Both the position numbers and the translations under genes were made by a program. The notes below the pieces were generated by a model. It saw only the letters and a program-made list of their open reading frames with translations, had not been told where the DNA came from and did not search any database. A stretch of DNA of 64,000 nt from Candidatus Omnitrophota bacterium (GTDB taxonomy: Bacteria; Omnitrophota; Gorgyraeia; Zapsychrales; Fredricksoniimonadaceae). Shown piece after piece: positions 22,153 to 32,211 of the stretch (position 1 is its first letter; the number at the start of each line of letters is the position of its first letter). The DNA lies in NCBI GenBank assembly GCA_030650275.1, contig JAUSEK010000011.1, forward strand, positions 9,890 through 73,889, in the 5' to 3' direction.

Positions 22153-23438
22153 TCAAGAAAATTTTGTCTAAGCAAGCCAGGATCGCCATCGTGGGTTTGG
22201 GCTATGTCGGTTTGCCTTTGGCCGTGGCTTTCGCGCAAAAAGGCTTCAGGGTCTTTGGCGTAGACACCAGCTCTGCGCGCGTTGAACGCATCCGGAATTT
22301 AAAAAGCTATATTGCCGACGTCAGCAATGCCGCGATCGCCGCGGTCATGCGCAAGGGAAAATTGGCCGTGTCCTGTGATTTCACGGTCTTGCGGGAAGCG
22401 GATGCTATTTTGATCTGTGTGCCCACGCCGTTAAAACGCAGATACACGCCGGACATTTCTTTCATCCAAAGCGCGGTCAGGGAGGTGGCGCGGTTCCTGA
22501 AAAAGGGCGCCCTGGTCGTTTTGGAAAGCACGACCTATCCCGGCACGACGGAAGAATTGATCAAACCTGCTTTGGAGAAAACTGGGTTGAAAGCAGGGAA
22601 GGATTTTTATCTGGCATTCTCGCCGGAGCGCGTTGATCCGGGCAATAAAGATTTTCAAGTCACTCAAATTCCCAAAGTTGTGGGCGGCCTGACGGAACAA
22701 TGCACCCGATTGGCCAGGGCCTTGTATGGCCAGATCATCGCCCGGGTGCATGTGGTGTCTTCCCCCAAAGCCGCGGAGATGACCAAACTCCTGGAAAATT
22801 CTTTCCGTATTGTCAATATCAGCTGGATGAATGAAGTGGCACAGATGTGCCATAAATTAAGCATCGACGTGTGGGAAGTTATTGAAGCGGCCAAGACCAA
22901 GCCGTTCGGTTTCATGCCTTTTTATCCGGGGCTTGGCGTCGGGGGGCATTGCATTCCCGAAGACCCGTTATATTTGTACTGGAAAGCCCGCCGGTATGGG
23001 TTTAATTCCAAGTTCATCCGCCTGGCCGCGGACATCAACACGCACATGCCGGCCTATTGCCTGCACCGGCTGGAGGACTTGTTGAGGGCGCGCAAAAAGA
23101 AAATAGCGAACGCGAAAGTCCTGGTCATCGGCGTCACTTACAAAAAAGACGTCAAGGACCTGCGCAAGTCGCCGGCCTTAAAATTCATTGAACTTTTGCG
23201 CCACCATCATGTCCGCGCCGATTATCACGATCCTTTGGTGCCTTACGTGAAATTAGGAGGGCTTGATCTGGGGTCAGTATTGCTTGATGCCAAACATCTG
23301 AAGAACTATGATGCCGTGGTCATCGCGGTTGACCACAGCAAGGTCAATTATAAACTCATTCAAACTCATGCCCGTTTGATCTTTGATTTGAAGAATGTCT
23401 ATGAGGGCATTGCGAATAAAAAAATCTTTAAATTGTAG
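22149..23438 (+). CDS. UDP-N-acetylhexosamine 6-dehydrogenase (WbpA/WecC-like)
   Basis: [40 protein letters not shown]. Confidence 0.92.
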   Translation: MIKKILSKQARIAIVGLGYVGLPLAVAFAQKGFRVFGVDTSSARVERIRNLKSYIADVSNAAIAAVMRKGKLAVSCDFTVLREADAILICVPTPLKRRYTPDISFIQSAVREVARFLKKGALVVLESTTYPGTTEELIKPALEKTGLKAGKDFYLAFSPERVDPGNKDFQVTQIPKVVGGLTEQCTRLARALYGQIIARVHVVSSPKAAEMTKLLENSFRIVNISWMNEVAQMCHKLSIDVWEVIEAAKTKPFGFMPFYPGLGVGGHCIPEDPLYLYWKARRYGFNSKFIRLAADINTHMPAYCLHRLEDLLRARKKKIANAKVLVIGVTYKKDVKDLRKSPALKFIELLRHHHVRADYHDPLVPYVKLGGLDLGSVLLDAKHLKNYDAVVIAVDHSKVNYKLIQTHARLIFDLKNVYEGIANKKIFKL

Positions 23439-23451
23439 GGGGGCGGGATTA

Positions 23452-24396
23452 ATGGCAAAAAAAACCGTTTTGATCACCGGCGGGGCCGGGTTTCTGGGAA
23501 GCCATTTGTGCGATCGGTTCATCACCCGCGGTTTTAAGGTCATTGCCGTGGATAATTTGATCACCGGCGCTCAACGCAATATCGCTCATTTGTCCCGCAA
23601 CAAAGATTTCAAATTCATCCGGCACGACATTTCCCGTCCCTTGAAAATTTCTGGCGGGGTGCACTATGTTCTGCATTTCGCTTCTCCGGCCTCGCCGGTG
23701 GATTACATGAACCATCCCATCGCCACTATGCAAGCCGGCGCCCAGGGCACGCAGAACGCTTTGGACATTGCCCGGGCCAAGAAGGCAACCTTCCTTCTGG
23801 CCTCAACTTCCGAAGTGTACGGCGACCCGCTGGTGCATCCGCAAAAAGAAAGTTATTGGGGTAATGTGAACCCCAACGGGCCTCGCAGCGTCTATGACGA
23901 GGCCAAGCGTTTTGCCGAGGCGCTGACCCTCGCGTATCACCGCGTCCATCGGGTGAACGTGAAGATCGTGCGGATCTTTAATACATACGGGCCCCGCATG
24001 CAGATCAAGGACGGCAGGGTGGTCCCCAACTTCATTGACCAGATCCTGCACCAACAGCCCCTGACCGTGTATGGCAACGGAAAACAAACGCGGTCTTTTT
24101 GTTATGTGGATGACCTGGTGGACGGTATCACGAAATTGCTTTTTTCCAAATTGCAGGGGCCGGTCAATATCGGCAGTCCGCGGGAATTCACCATTCTGAA
24201 ATTCGCGCGGCTGGTGCAAAAGATCTATGACCCGGACGCCCGGATCGTGTTCATGCCTCTGCCTAAGGATGACCCTAAACAGCGCCGGCCTGATATCACG
24301 CTGGCCCGCCGGACGTTGGGATGGGAACCGAAGGTGCCCTTGGAAAAAGGGATCCAAATGACCATGGACTGGTTCGCCCGACACTATGATCACTAA
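23452..24396 (+). CDS. UDP-glucuronate decarboxylase (UXS) family SDR
   Basis: [42 protein letters not shown]. Confidence 0.92.
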   Translation: MAKKTVLITGGAGFLGSHLCDRFITRGFKVIAVDNLITGAQRNIAHLSRNKDFKFIRHDISRPLKISGGVHYVLHFASPASPVDYMNHPIATMQAGAQGTQNALDIARAKKATFLLASTSEVYGDPLVHPQKESYWGNVNPNGPRSVYDEAKRFAEALTLAYHRVHRVNVKIVRIFNTYGPRMQIKDGRVVPNFIDQILHQQPLTVYGNGKQTRSFCYVDDLVDGITKLLFSKLQGPVNIGSPREFTILKFARLVQKIYDPDARIVFMPLPKDDPKQRRPDITLARRTLGWEPKVPLEKGIQMTMDWFARHYDH

Positions 24397-24997
24397 AGAA
24401 GACATCATCGCCTTTGAGCAGGAGATCGCCGGCATTTTCGCCACCGGTGTCATCCGCGCCCCCGTGCATCTTAGGGCAGGGCGTGAGGACCAGCTGATCT
24501 CGATCTTCAAAGAGGAGGAGATCGGTGGTGATGACTATGTTTTTGGGTTTTGGGATTCCCATGAGCTCGCCCTCTTAAAAGGCGTGCCGCGCCAGGAGGT
24601 CAAAGACATGATCCTGCGGGGCCGCAGCATCGCGCTGTGTTTCCCGAAATACAAGGTGTTATGCTCAGGGATAGTCGGGTCCCTGATGGGCACAGCCGCG
24701 GGCGTGGCGTGGTCTTTAAAAAACCAGAACAGGAAGGGACGGGTGTTTTTGTTTTGCGGGGACATGTCCGCCGAGACCGGCATTTTCCATGAAGCGGTCA
24801 AATATGTGCACAATTTTGATCTGCCGGCTAAATTCATTGTTGGTGATAACGGGGTCTCGGTCATGACCGATACCCGCGCTGTTTGGGGCAATCCACAGCC
24901 GTGGTTTGCCGGAACCAAATACGAAAAACACATCATCTATTTTAAATATACCAACGGCTATCCGCATTCCGGCCTTGGCAAACTGATCAAATTCTGA
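24386..24997 (+). CDS. Short thiamine-diphosphate-dependent enzyme, E1-alpha-like (PP domain)
   Basis: RAPVHL..G.E, SGIVG, GD(M)..ETG.FHEA...DN ThDP motif; ends YPHSG. Confidence 0.75.
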   Translation: MITKEDIIAFEQEIAGIFATGVIRAPVHLRAGREDQLISIFKEEEIGGDDYVFGFWDSHELALLKGVPRQEVKDMILRGRSIALCFPKYKVLCSGIVGSLMGTAAGVAWSLKNQNRKGRVFLFCGDMSAETGIFHEAVKYVHNFDLPAKFIVGDNGVSVMTDTRAVWGNPQPWFAGTKYEKHIIYFKYTNGYPHSGLGKLIKF

Positions 24998-24999
24998 TT

Positions 25000-25584
25000 A
25001 TGACAACCGCCGTCCCGTTAAAGTATTTTGACGAATTGAAACGCACCATGGAATGGCTGGCCCAACAGCCCAAGGTCATGTTCGTGGGCCAGACCGTGGC
25101 CGGACCCGGGACATTCATGTTCCAGACCCTGCGGGATTGCCCCAAGGACCGCACGCTGGAAATGCCTATCAATGAGAGCTTCCAAATGCAATTCACCATC
25201 GGCATGGCCCTGGCCGGTTATGTCCCGGTCTCTGTTTATCCGCGCCAGAATTTTTTGCTTTTAGCCACCGGGGACATGGCCAATATGCTTGATAAATTGC
25301 CCGATATCAGTGAAGGAAAGTGGCCTGTGAAGGTCATCATCCGTGTCGCCACGGGCCCGGATGCTCCGGTGCATCCCGGCCATCAGCACATCGGCAATTA
25401 CGCGCAAGCCATGCGCAAGTTGTTTCGCTGGATCGAGGTGGTGGAATTGGACAAGGCCGACCAGATATTCCCGGCCTATCAACACGCGCTGGAACGCGCC
25501 GACGGAAAATCAACGCTGATCATTGAGCATGGCAATTATTATAACGAAGAATATTACGCCAAGGGGCAAAAGACCAGCCAATGA
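25000..25584 (+). CDS. Short ThDP enzyme, E1-beta/transketolase pyrimidine-binding-like
   Basis: F.GQ.V, EMPINESFQM...IGMAL.G..P, PGHQH; coupled to the alpha-like gene. Confidence 0.75.
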   Translation: MTTAVPLKYFDELKRTMEWLAQQPKVMFVGQTVAGPGTFMFQTLRDCPKDRTLEMPINESFQMQFTIGMALAGYVPVSVYPRQNFLLLATGDMANMLDKLPDISEGKWPVKVIIRVATGPDAPVHPGHQHIGNYAQAMRKLFRWIEVVELDKADQIFPAYQHALERADGKSTLIIEHGNYYNEEYYAKGQKTSQ

Positions 25585-26516
25585 TACAGCGCGTTTCCCG
25601 CATTTTCATCGTCGGCCACAATGACAGCGTTGAGAATTCCCTGCGCCGTCATTTTATGTCCCGCGGGTTTAGACATGTTTTTTCCAATACGAAGGACGGG
25701 GTGGATGTTTTAAACCAGGCAAAGGTCCAGCGGTTTTTTAAGGACGCCCGCCCGGAATACATATTTTTGGGCTCCGTCCGTTCCGGCGGTATCGCGGCCA
25801 ATCTCAAATATCCGGCCGAGTTCATTGACGAAAATTGCGCGGCGCAGAACAATGTCATCCACGCGGCCTACGCGCACAAGGCCAAAAAACTTTTGTATTT
25901 TTCGGGTTCCTGCGCCTATCCCAAGGACGCCCGTCAGCCCATTAAAGAAAAGGCCTTATTGACCGGTCCTTTGGAGGAAACCAGCGAGCCGTATTCCGTC
26001 GCCAAGATCGCGGGGACCGTCATGTGCCGGGCTTACCGCGCCCAATACGGGTTTAACGCGATCGTGGCTGTGCCGGCCACCTTGTATGGCCCGGGCAGTG
26101 ATACGGACATCGCCACGGCCCATGTCATGGGCGCTTTGATCGCCAAGTTCCATAAAGCCGCGGCCGATGGGGACAAACAGATTGTTGTGTGGGGCACGGG
26201 CAAGGTGCGGCGGGAATTCTTGCACGTGGATGATTTCGTGTCCGCGTGCCTGTTTTTGATGGACCGCTACAACGGAGAAGAGCTGATCAATATTGGATGC
26301 GGTCATGACGTGTCCATCAGGGAATTGGCGGGTTTATTGAAGAAAATTTCCGGGTTCAAGGGCAAGATCGTTTTTGATGCTTCCAAACCCGACGGCACCA
26401 TACGCAAACTCATGGACAACCGCCGTATCACAAGATTGGGCTGGAAGTCGAAGGTGGGATTGGAAGAGGGGATCAGAAAAACGTATCAATGGTTTAATGG
26501 AAAGGAAACAGCATGA
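25581..26516 (+). CDS. GDP-L-fucose synthase-like epimerase/reductase
   Basis: GGI.AN..YPAEFI, SCAYPK, YSVAKIAG, WGTG...REFLHVDD, KPDGT.RK. Confidence 0.85.
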   Translation: MIQRVSRIFIVGHNDSVENSLRRHFMSRGFRHVFSNTKDGVDVLNQAKVQRFFKDARPEYIFLGSVRSGGIAANLKYPAEFIDENCAAQNNVIHAAYAHKAKKLLYFSGSCAYPKDARQPIKEKALLTGPLEETSEPYSVAKIAGTVMCRAYRAQYGFNAIVAVPATLYGPGSDTDIATAHVMGALIAKFHKAAADGDKQIVVWGTGKVRREFLHVDDFVSACLFLMDRYNGEELINIGCGHDVSIRELAGLLKKISGFKGKIVFDASKPDGTIRKLMDNRRITRLGWKSKVGLEEGIRKTYQWFNGKETA

Positions 26517-27445
26517 AGATTCTCATCACAGGCGCGGCCGGATATATCGGTTCGGTGTTGACCCCCACGCTGTTGACCCAGGGGCACGAGGTCATTGCCC
26601 TGGACAATTTTATGTACAACCAAAGCTCACTTTTGGATTGCTGTCATAACGAAAAGTTGACCATTGTCCGCGGGGACACGCGCGACAAGCCGCTCATGGC
26701 GCGGCTCATGAAAGGCGCGGACGCCATTTTTCCGCTGGCGTGTTTGACCGGAGCGCCCCTGTGCGCCAAAGACCCCGACGGGGCCAAGGCCGTTTTGCTG
26801 GATGCCATCCAGATGATCCTGGGGATGCGCGGCAAGGGCCAGCGCATTATTTTTCCGACCACCAACAGCGGTTACGGGGTCGGCGAAAAGGGCAAACACT
26901 GCACCGAGGAAACCCCTTTAAGGCCGGTGTCTTTGTACGGGAAATTGAAGGTGGATGCGGAAAACGCCATTCTGGACGCGGGCAATGCCATCACCCTGCG
27001 TTTGGCCACGGCCTTCGGCATATCCCCGCGCATGCGCCTGGACCTTTTGGTCAATGATTTCACGTACCGCGCGGTGTATGACCGTTTTGTGGTCCTGTTT
27101 GAGGCGCATTTTAACCGTAATTACATCCACGTGCGCGACATTTCCAGGGCTTTTGTCCACGGGCTCAATGGCTTTGACAAGATGAAGGACCAACCTTATA
27201 ATGTGGGACTAAGCGACGCCAATCTGACCAAACTTCAGCTGTGTCAGGAGATCAAGAAATTCGTCCCGGACTTCTATTTTGTCGAGGCCACCATCGGTGA
27301 GGACCCGGACAAGCGCGACTATATCGTCAGCAACGCGAAAATAGAGAAGACCGGGTTTAAGCCCGAGGTCACTCTGCAAAAAGGCATTCAGGAACTCATC
27401 AAGGGTTATCAGGTCATCAAGCGCAATCAGTACGCCAATATATAG
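26513..27445 (+). CDS. NAD-dependent epimerase/dehydratase (SDR)
   Basis: TGAAGYIG, YGKLK, LRLAT.FG.SPRMRLDLLVNDF. Confidence 0.88.
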   Translation: MKILITGAAGYIGSVLTPTLLTQGHEVIALDNFMYNQSSLLDCCHNEKLTIVRGDTRDKPLMARLMKGADAIFPLACLTGAPLCAKDPDGAKAVLLDAIQMILGMRGKGQRIIFPTTNSGYGVGEKGKHCTEETPLRPVSLYGKLKVDAENAILDAGNAITLRLATAFGISPRMRLDLLVNDFTYRAVYDRFVVLFEAHFNRNYIHVRDISRAFVHGLNGFDKMKDQPYNVGLSDANLTKLQLCQEIKKFVPDFYFVEATIGEDPDKRDYIVSNAKIEKTGFKPEVTLQKGIQELIKGYQVIKRNQYANI

Positions 27446-27449
27446 GAAC

Positions 27450-28967
27450 ATGATGAAACAACTTGACGTTCTTTTCATCCACCCCAACGCTGCGCATAAG
27501 ATCTATCAGGACCTGGCCCGGGATTTTTCGGCCATTGAGCCGCCGATCTGGGCGGGGATGCTGGCCAATCATTGCCGCGTCAAAGGGTTTTCCGTCAATA
27601 TCCTGGACGCCGAAGCCCTGCGTTTGAACGACCAGGAGGCGGCCAAGCGCATCGCGGCGTCCAAGGCGCGGGTGGTGTGTTTTGTGGTCTATGGCCAGCA
27701 ACCGTCGGCCTCTTCGCAGAATATGGCCGGCGCCGTTGATCTGGCGGATCTGGTCAAGTCCACCGCGCCTGACAGCAAGATCGTTTTCGTCGGCGGGCAT
27801 ATCGCGGCTTTGTCGCGCGATGTCTTGGAAAAGCACCCCAGCATTGATTTTGTCTGCCAGAACGAAGGCGTTTACACGATCTCGGGCCTGCTGCAGACCA
27901 ATTTGAAGGACGGTTTGGAAAAAGTGTTGGGATTGGGCTATCGCCGCGACGGCACGGTCTGTTTGAATCCGCCCTCGCCCATCGTGGCCAAAGCGGATCT
28001 GCCGCGCGATCTTCCGGGTGTGGCGTGGGACCTTCTGCCCATGGACAATTACCGCACCGCGTTATGGCATTCCTATTCCAATGGTTCCAAGCGCCAGCCC
28101 TTTGCCTCCATCTATACGTCGCTGGGCTGTCCGATGAAATGCTCCTTTTGCATGATCAATATCATCAACCGCCAGGAGAATGAATTCTCCGATGGGTCCG
28201 CGGTGTTCCGTTACTGGGAACCGGAGCATATCATCAAGGATTTTGACTATTTTGCCTCCAAGGGCATCACCAATATCAAGATCGCCGACGAGCTTTTTGT
28301 CCTCAACCAGAACCATTTCATGAAGCTCTGTCAGCTCATCATCGCGCGCGGATATAAGTTCAATATCTGGTGCTATTCGCGCGTGGACACGGTCAAGGAC
28401 CAGTATCTGGAAACATTGAAGAAGGCCGGGGTCAATTGGCTGGCCCTGGGCATCGAAAGCGGCAATGCGCGCGTGCGCCACGATGTCACCAAGGGCCGTT
28501 TCGGGGACATTGACATCCGCAATATTGTGGGCAAGATCCGTGAGCACGGCATCAACGTCATCGGCAATTATATTTTCGGTTTGCCGGAAGATGACCTGGA
28601 AAGCATGCAGATGACCCTGGACCTGGCCATTGAAATGAACACGGAGGAGGCGAATTTTTATTCCGCCATGGCGTATCCGGGAAGTCCGTTATACGGCATT
28701 GCCCGCAAGGAAGGATGGCAATTGCCGCAAACCTATGACGGTTTTTCCCAACACTCCTATACCTGTCAGCCATTGCCGACCAAGCATTTGACCGCGGCCC
28801 AGGTTTTGGCGTTTCGGGACGAGGCCTGGATGAAATACCACACCAACCCGAAATTCCTGGAATTGCTCAAGACCAAATTCGGCCAGGTGGCCGTTGACGA
28901 GACATTAAGATCCACCCGGATCAAACTCAAACGCAAGATCCTGGAACAAGCCCCGGTTGCCCGATGA
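27450..28967 (+). CDS. Cobalamin-binding radical SAM protein
   Basis: N-terminal B12-binding region (VFVGGH), GCPMKCSFC, GIESGN, IFGLP. Confidence 0.9.
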   Translation: MMKQLDVLFIHPNAAHKIYQDLARDFSAIEPPIWAGMLANHCRVKGFSVNILDAEALRLNDQEAAKRIAASKARVVCFVVYGQQPSASSQNMAGAVDLADLVKSTAPDSKIVFVGGHIAALSRDVLEKHPSIDFVCQNEGVYTISGLLQTNLKDGLEKVLGLGYRRDGTVCLNPPSPIVAKADLPRDLPGVAWDLLPMDNYRTALWHSYSNGSKRQPFASIYTSLGCPMKCSFCMINIINRQENEFSDGSAVFRYWEPEHIIKDFDYFASKGITNIKIADELFVLNQNHFMKLCQLIIARGYKFNIWCYSRVDTVKDQYLETLKKAGVNWLALGIESGNARVRHDVTKGRFGDIDIRNIVGKIREHGINVIGNYIFGLPEDDLESMQMTLDLAIEMNTEEANFYSAMAYPGSPLYGIARKEGWQLPQTYDGFSQHSYTCQPLPTKHLTAAQVLAFRDEAWMKYHTNPKFLELLKTKFGQVAVDETLRSTRIKLKRKILEQAPVAR

Positions 28968-29962
28968 TCATTTCCCGCACCCCATTTCGCGTTTCCTTTT
29001 TCGGCGGCGGCACCGACTATGACGGGTGGTTTCGGGAGAATAAAGGCGCGGTCCTCGCCACCACCATTGATAAATACTGCTACATCTCCTGCCGTTATTT
29101 GCCGCCGTTCTTTGACCATAAGTCCCGCATCATCTATTCCAAAATGGAACATGTGCACGGCATCAACGACATTGACCATCCATCGGTGCGGGAAGTCCTG
29201 CGTTTTTTAAAGATCACCGAAGGCGTTGAGATCCATCACGACGGCGACCTTCCCGCGCGCACGGGGCTGGGGTCCAGTTCGTCGTTCACCGTCGGACTTT
29301 TGAATGCTCTATACGCCCTCAAAGGCGTGATGGTCACCAAGGAACGGCTGGCCGAAGAGGCCATCCACGTTGAGCAGGACATGATCAAGGAGAACGTGGG
29401 CTGTCAGGACCAGGTCCTGGCCGCTTACGGCGGTTTTAATCACATTGAGTTCGGCGGCCCCAACCATCTTCTGGTGCGCCAGGTGACGATATCGCCGGAG
29501 AAATTGAACGTCCTGCAAAATCATCTGATGCTTTTTTTCACCGGGTTCGCGCGCACCGCTTCCCGCATCGCCCATCACCAGATCAAGAACATCCCCCGCA
29601 AGAAGCCGGAGTTGGCGCGCATGTATGAAATGGTCAACGAGGCCGTGGGGATCCTCAACGGCAAAAACCTTGTTCCGTTCGGTCAATTGCTTGATGAAAG
29701 CTGGAAACTCAAGCGCACACTATCCGGCAAGATCTCCACGTCGCACATTGACCATCTGTACGCCGCGGCCACGCGCGCCGGCGCTGTCGGCGGCAAACTG
29801 CTGGGCGCGGGCGGGGGCGGGTTCGTGCTTTTGTTCGTGGAGCCGCATAAAAAACCCAGGGTCCGCGCGGCGCTCAAAGGCCTGCTGGAAGTTCCCTTCA
29901 AATTTGAAGGCCTGGGAAGCCAGATCATTTTCTACCAGCCGGACACGGGAATTGTTAAATAA
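28964..29962 (+). CDS. hddA: D-glycero-alpha-D-manno-heptose-7-phosphate kinase-like GHMP kinase
   Basis: RTPFRVSFFGGGTD, GLGSSS, G.QDQ, GGKLLGAGGGG. Confidence 0.85.
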   Translation: MIISRTPFRVSFFGGGTDYDGWFRENKGAVLATTIDKYCYISCRYLPPFFDHKSRIIYSKMEHVHGINDIDHPSVREVLRFLKITEGVEIHHDGDLPARTGLGSSSSFTVGLLNALYALKGVMVTKERLAEEAIHVEQDMIKENVGCQDQVLAAYGGFNHIEFGGPNHLLVRQVTISPEKLNVLQNHLMLFFTGFARTASRIAHHQIKNIPRKKPELARMYEMVNEAVGILNGKNLVPFGQLLDESWKLKRTLSGKISTSHIDHLYAAATRAGAVGGKLLGAGGGGFVLLFVEPHKKPRVRAALKGLLEVPFKFEGLGSQIIFYQPDTGIVK

Positions 29963-30676
29963 ATGTTCAGCCAGACGGACATTGTCATTCTCGCCGGCGG
30001 CTTGGGCAAGCGCCTGCAGGCCCTCACGCAGGGCCGACAGAAAGTCCTCGTTCCGATCAACGGCACGCCGTTTCTTGCGCTATTAATTGATTTTATCGCG
30101 GCCCAGGGCGGGCAGCGTTTCATTGTATGCACGGGCCACGGTGCACAGGCCGTTGAGCAGGCGCTGGCCGGCATGTTCCCCAAATTGGACATTGTTTTTT
30201 CAAGGGAAGAGGAGCCGCTGGGCACAGGCGGCGCCATCAAGCAGGCGGCCGCTTTGGTACGTTCGCCCCGATTTTTGGCCATGAACGGGGATTGTTTTTG
30301 CGTCATTGATTACGGGCAATTGATCGCTCGTCATGTATCGTGCAAAGCCGCGGCCACCATTGCCGTGACGCGCCTTGACGATGCCCGCGAATACGGAACC
30401 ATTGAGATAGGTCCCGACGGGCGCATTGAAGCGTTTAAAGAAAAACGGCCTGAGGCAGCGCCGGCGCTCATCAATACGGGAACGTATTGCCTGAATAAGG
30501 ATGTGTTCAATTTGGCCGAGACCCCGCAGAAGTTTTCCATTGAATACGATTTCTTCCCGCGCTTAGTCGGCAAGGGGTTCTGGTCTTTTGAGGTGGCCAA
30601 CAAGTTCGTTGACATCGGCACCCCCGAGCGCTACCAATGGGCGCAGGAACATTTAAAAGAATTCCGAATTAAGTAG
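29963..30676 (+). CDS. hddC: Heptose-1-phosphate guanylyltransferase-like nucleotidyltransferase
   Basis: ILAGG.GKRL, EEPLGTGGA, NGD, FVDIGTPE; follows hddA. Confidence 0.8.
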   Translation: MFSQTDIVILAGGLGKRLQALTQGRQKVLVPINGTPFLALLIDFIAAQGGQRFIVCTGHGAQAVEQALAGMFPKLDIVFSREEEPLGTGGAIKQAAALVRSPRFLAMNGDCFCVIDYGQLIARHVSCKAAATIAVTRLDDAREYGTIEIGPDGRIEAFKEKRPEAAPALINTGTYCLNKDVFNLAETPQKFSIEYDFFPRLVGKGFWSFEVANKFVDIGTPERYQWAQEHLKEFRIK

Positions 30677-30700
30677 CCACCCACCGTAACCTTAATTCGG
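30664..30700. repeat. RAYT-associated REP family copy (rearranged)
   Basis: CCGAATTAAG..CACCCACCGTAACCTTAATTCGG; CACCCACCGTAACCTTAATT is the exact reverse complement of 54253-54272. Confidence 0.85.
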
Positions 30701-30856
30701 CTTTGGAAAATTTTGAGTCGGCTCAGCTTTGTCAATAATCGTCTTTTCCTGACATGTCGGAAATACAACGTCCCGACAAAATCGTCGGGACTGTATTTCC
30801 GAATCGGTGCCGTAGACGATAGGGACAAAATGAGCCTTTCAAAATTCCCCAAAGCC
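30699..30856. repeat. 158-nt rod-like inverted repeat (MITE-like or structured RNA)
   Basis: Six nested complementary segments, e.g. TCGGAAATACA/TGTATTTCCGA and GTCCCGAC/GTCGGGAC. Confidence 0.8.
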
Positions 30857-30969
30857 TTATAGCGCAAATAAGGGACAGTTCAGGTAGGACCCGTGGGTGT
30901 AAAAGAGGTTATTCAGAAACGGTTTAAGAAATTTTACTAAGAGTTATTTCTTATCGAAAGGAAAATACT

Positions 30970-31347
30970 GTGAAAAGATCGTTTATTTTAATTGTTGTAT
31001 TATTCTTTTTCTTAAATAGTTGTGCGAGCGTTCAGCCTATTCAAAAAGGTAATTTAACGGCAGGTATGGCAAAAACGAAGATTATAAAAGGCCAGACTAT
31101 GCAATCGGAGATTTTAGAAGTTTTTGGTGCGCCTAATATTGTTACAAAGAATAAAAGCGGAAATGAAGTGTGGACTTATGATCAGGTATCTGTAGAATCG
31201 GCTGCCTCAGAAGTATATGGAACCATTATTATTGCAGGTGGCGTTGGAAATCGAACATCAACTTCTACACGTACATTTACCTTAATGATTGAATTTGGGG
31301 ATGGTGACATCGTCAAAGATTATAGCTATCGGTCGTCTGCTTTTTAG
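30970..31347 (+). CDS. Lipoprotein, SmpA/OmlA(BamE)-like
   Basis: Lipobox LNSC; I.KGQT...EI...FGAP......G.EVWTY; AT-rich. Confidence 0.7.
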   Translation: MKRSFILIVVLFFFLNSCASVQPIQKGNLTAGMAKTKIIKGQTMQSEILEVFGAPNIVTKNKSGNEVWTYDQVSVESAASEVYGTIIIAGGVGNRTSTSTRTFTLMIEFGDGDIVKDYSYRSSAF

Positions 31348-31360
31348 AGGAAGGTATTAT

Positions 31361-31798
31361 ATGAAGAAGGCGGTTTTATTTATATTACTTTTCTTTGTAG
31401 TTGGCTGTGCCACAACTCAGCTTAGCAACTCACAGAGAAGAAGTATTGAGGCGAAAGAATTAGAGGGGAGTTTTGATAATGCTTTTAAAGCGACTTTACA
31501 GGTGTTACAAGACAAGGGATATGTTATTACTCATACAGACTATAAGGCTGGTGTAATTAAAGGAGAGACTGGTTGGAAGAGAACAAATATGTTTGTTACT
31601 GATAAAAAGCAAGAGGCGAGCGTGACTATTGAAGAATGGGTTGAAAATAGAGTGAAAGAAAGAATAACTTTTATGTTAAGAGAAAATGAAGGTCTCGGGC
31701 TGGAGAGATCGAGGATAATAGAAGACCAGAAATTTCTACAAGAAATATATGATGAGATTCAAAAAGAAATATTTGTCAGACAAAATTTAAATAAATAA
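31361..31798 (+). CDS. Hypothetical lipoprotein
   Basis: Lipobox VVGC; F.A...VLQD.GY.I...D...GVI; AT-rich. Confidence 0.7.
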   Translation: MKKAVLFILLFFVVGCATTQLSNSQRRSIEAKELEGSFDNAFKATLQVLQDKGYVITHTDYKAGVIKGETGWKRTNMFVTDKKQEASVTIEEWVENRVKERITFMLRENEGLGLERSRIIEDQKFLQEIYDEIQKEIFVRQNLNK

Positions 31799-31832
31799 TG
31801 GCGGTAAGTAATTTGTTAGAGAATTAAATTCC

Positions 31833-31855
31833 GGGTACCCATCGTAACCCGAATT
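31833..31855. repeat. Degenerate RAYT-associated REP arm
   Basis: GGGTACCCATCGTAACCCGAATT vs GGGGACACCCACCGTAACCCGAATT at 52757. Confidence 0.7.
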
Positions 31856-31871
31856 GATTTCTTTGAGATTG

Positions 31872-31900
31872 TTGACAAAAGGCACACAATGTATTATACT
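31872..31900 (+). promoter_or_regulatory. Sigma70 promoter of second TA pair
   Basis: TTGACA-N17-TATACT. Confidence 0.7.
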
Positions 31901-31914
31901 TGTCTTGAGGCGTT

Positions 31915-32211
31915 ATGAAGGCATTTGATTGGGATGAGGCAAAGAACGAGGACCTGCTTCAGGAACGCAACATATCGTTTGAAGAGATCGTCTGGTGCAT
32001 TGAGCAGAAGGAAGGCCTGTTAGACGTCATTGATCATCCCAATCAGACAAAGTTCGCGCACCAGAAGCTTTTTATCGTTGCATTGCGCGGGTATGTGTAT
32101 ATCGTGCCTTTTGTCGAGGATGGGCACAAGATCTTCTTAAAGACGATCTATCCAAGCAGGAAATTGACCAGGAAATATCTGGGGAAGGAAGGCGACCATG
32201 AAATTGACTAA
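31915..32211 (+). CDS. BrnT-like toxin
   Basis: FDWDE.KNE.L..ER.ISFEEI, HPN, YVY.VPFVE, FLKTIYPSRK. Confidence 0.85.
   Translation: MKAFDWDEAKNEDLLQERNISFEEIVWCIEQKEGLLDVIDHPNQTKFAHQKLFIVALRGYVYIVPFVEDGHKIFLKTIYPSRKLTRKYLGKEGDHEID

Noticed and set aside
30631-30867. 78-aa minus-strand ORF over the long hairpin
   Set aside because: Lies entirely on repeat and palindrome sequence, with no SD or protein motif
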